From Octopus bimaculoides (lineage: Eukaryota), in the NCBI RefSeq assembly GCF_001194135.2, contig NC_069001.1:30252474-30316473 (forward strand): a DNA stretch of 64,000 bases. The letters run 5' to 3'. Below the pieces are notes generated by a model, which had not been told where the DNA came from, searched no databases, and saw only the letters and a list, made by a program, of their open reading frames with translations. Each line of letters opens with the position of its first letter. Position 1 is the stretch's first letter. Position numbers and translations under genes: made by a program. Shown one piece after another: positions 63,330-64,000 of the stretch.

Positions 63330-63331
<2 letters not shown>
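63112..63331 (+). mobile_element. Mariner-derived MITE / internal deletion derivative
   Basis: Imperfect ~27-bp TIRs TACGAGGAGTTGCTGGAAAGTTCCTGG and CCAGGAATTTTCAGCACACCCTCGTG. The interior resembles a mariner transposase 3' end (NNCMNLRRVYAEQ vs KC..L.GEYVE). Confidence 0.8.
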
Positions 63332-63366
<35 letters not shown>

Positions 63367-64000
63367 TTCGATTAGAGCTTGTTTTAACATCATAAAGGGA
63401 TGGTTTCATCCAAGAAAATACTGGTTTTATACCTAGTATTTTGGGGAAATTAATTTGATGATTAATTTGTTGTTAATAATAAACTATTATCAACTTCCCA
63501 ATTTCCATTTTCTTTTTTTCCTTTCTTTACACACACACACATACACACACACACATATATCTATACTTACTGAGAGAGTGACGGGAAGCTAATGTATGTA
63601 AGTTTGTGTGTGTTTGCGTTTGTGTATCAGTGTTCTTCAACCACGAATCGCTCGAAAACCGGTGCTATTGTGTAAATTCGCGATTCGGTAACAGAAACCG
63701 CTACACTATCTATGATATGCAAATATGTCGGCAAGAACTTCGGTGCGCAAAGTGATATTATACATGATCCTGACGTGTCGATATTTTTCCATATTTGTAT
63801 TATAATAGCAAAGCAGTGTATTGTCACACATATTATCCAATAAAATAGTAACGCTAGTCTCAATGAATAACGATGGAACAGTTGTGAAATTATATAATAC
63901 AACGAACTGTTCACTCCATTTTTTTTTTGTGTGAATAATGCCTAGTTACGGCTCTTTATATATCATCAGGAACATTACCTATTTCCGAATTATACTTGTG

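Noticed and set aside
63628-63642. CAGTGTTCTTCAACC as a hAT terminus
   Set aside because: There is no partner TIR or TSD within the window, and 15 bp is not enough to call an element.

Overview
Eukaryotic, AT-rich, microsatellite-saturated genomic DNA with 17 N-gaps, most abutting simple repeats, as in a short-read assembly. The SINE families look like those of Octopus (coleoid cephalopod); this is recognition from memory, not a database result. I cannot support any intact host protein-coding gene, CRISPR array, rRNA or tRNA. The ORF track is almost entirely microsatellite or gap artefact, so the window reads as intron or intergenic space. Supported content: about 30 copies or fragments of three tRNA-derived SINE families; decayed non-LTR retrotransposons (R4/Dong-like, RTE, and a Penelope-like GIY-YIG element with pLTR-type repeats); a mariner-derived MITE and a hAT-like MITE; and several perfect or near-perfect fold-back inverted repeats. 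Best leads: (1) strand-polarised SINE clusters on (TAA)n tracts, with Dong-like remnants antisense to the SINEs; (2) Penelope-like architecture with possible decayed hammerhead motifs; (3) long hairpins and inverted SINE pairs as candidate ADAR substrates; (4) a few candidate promoters and exons (about 4.3, 24.8, 29.7 and 60.4 kb). I found no convincing novel multi-gene system.
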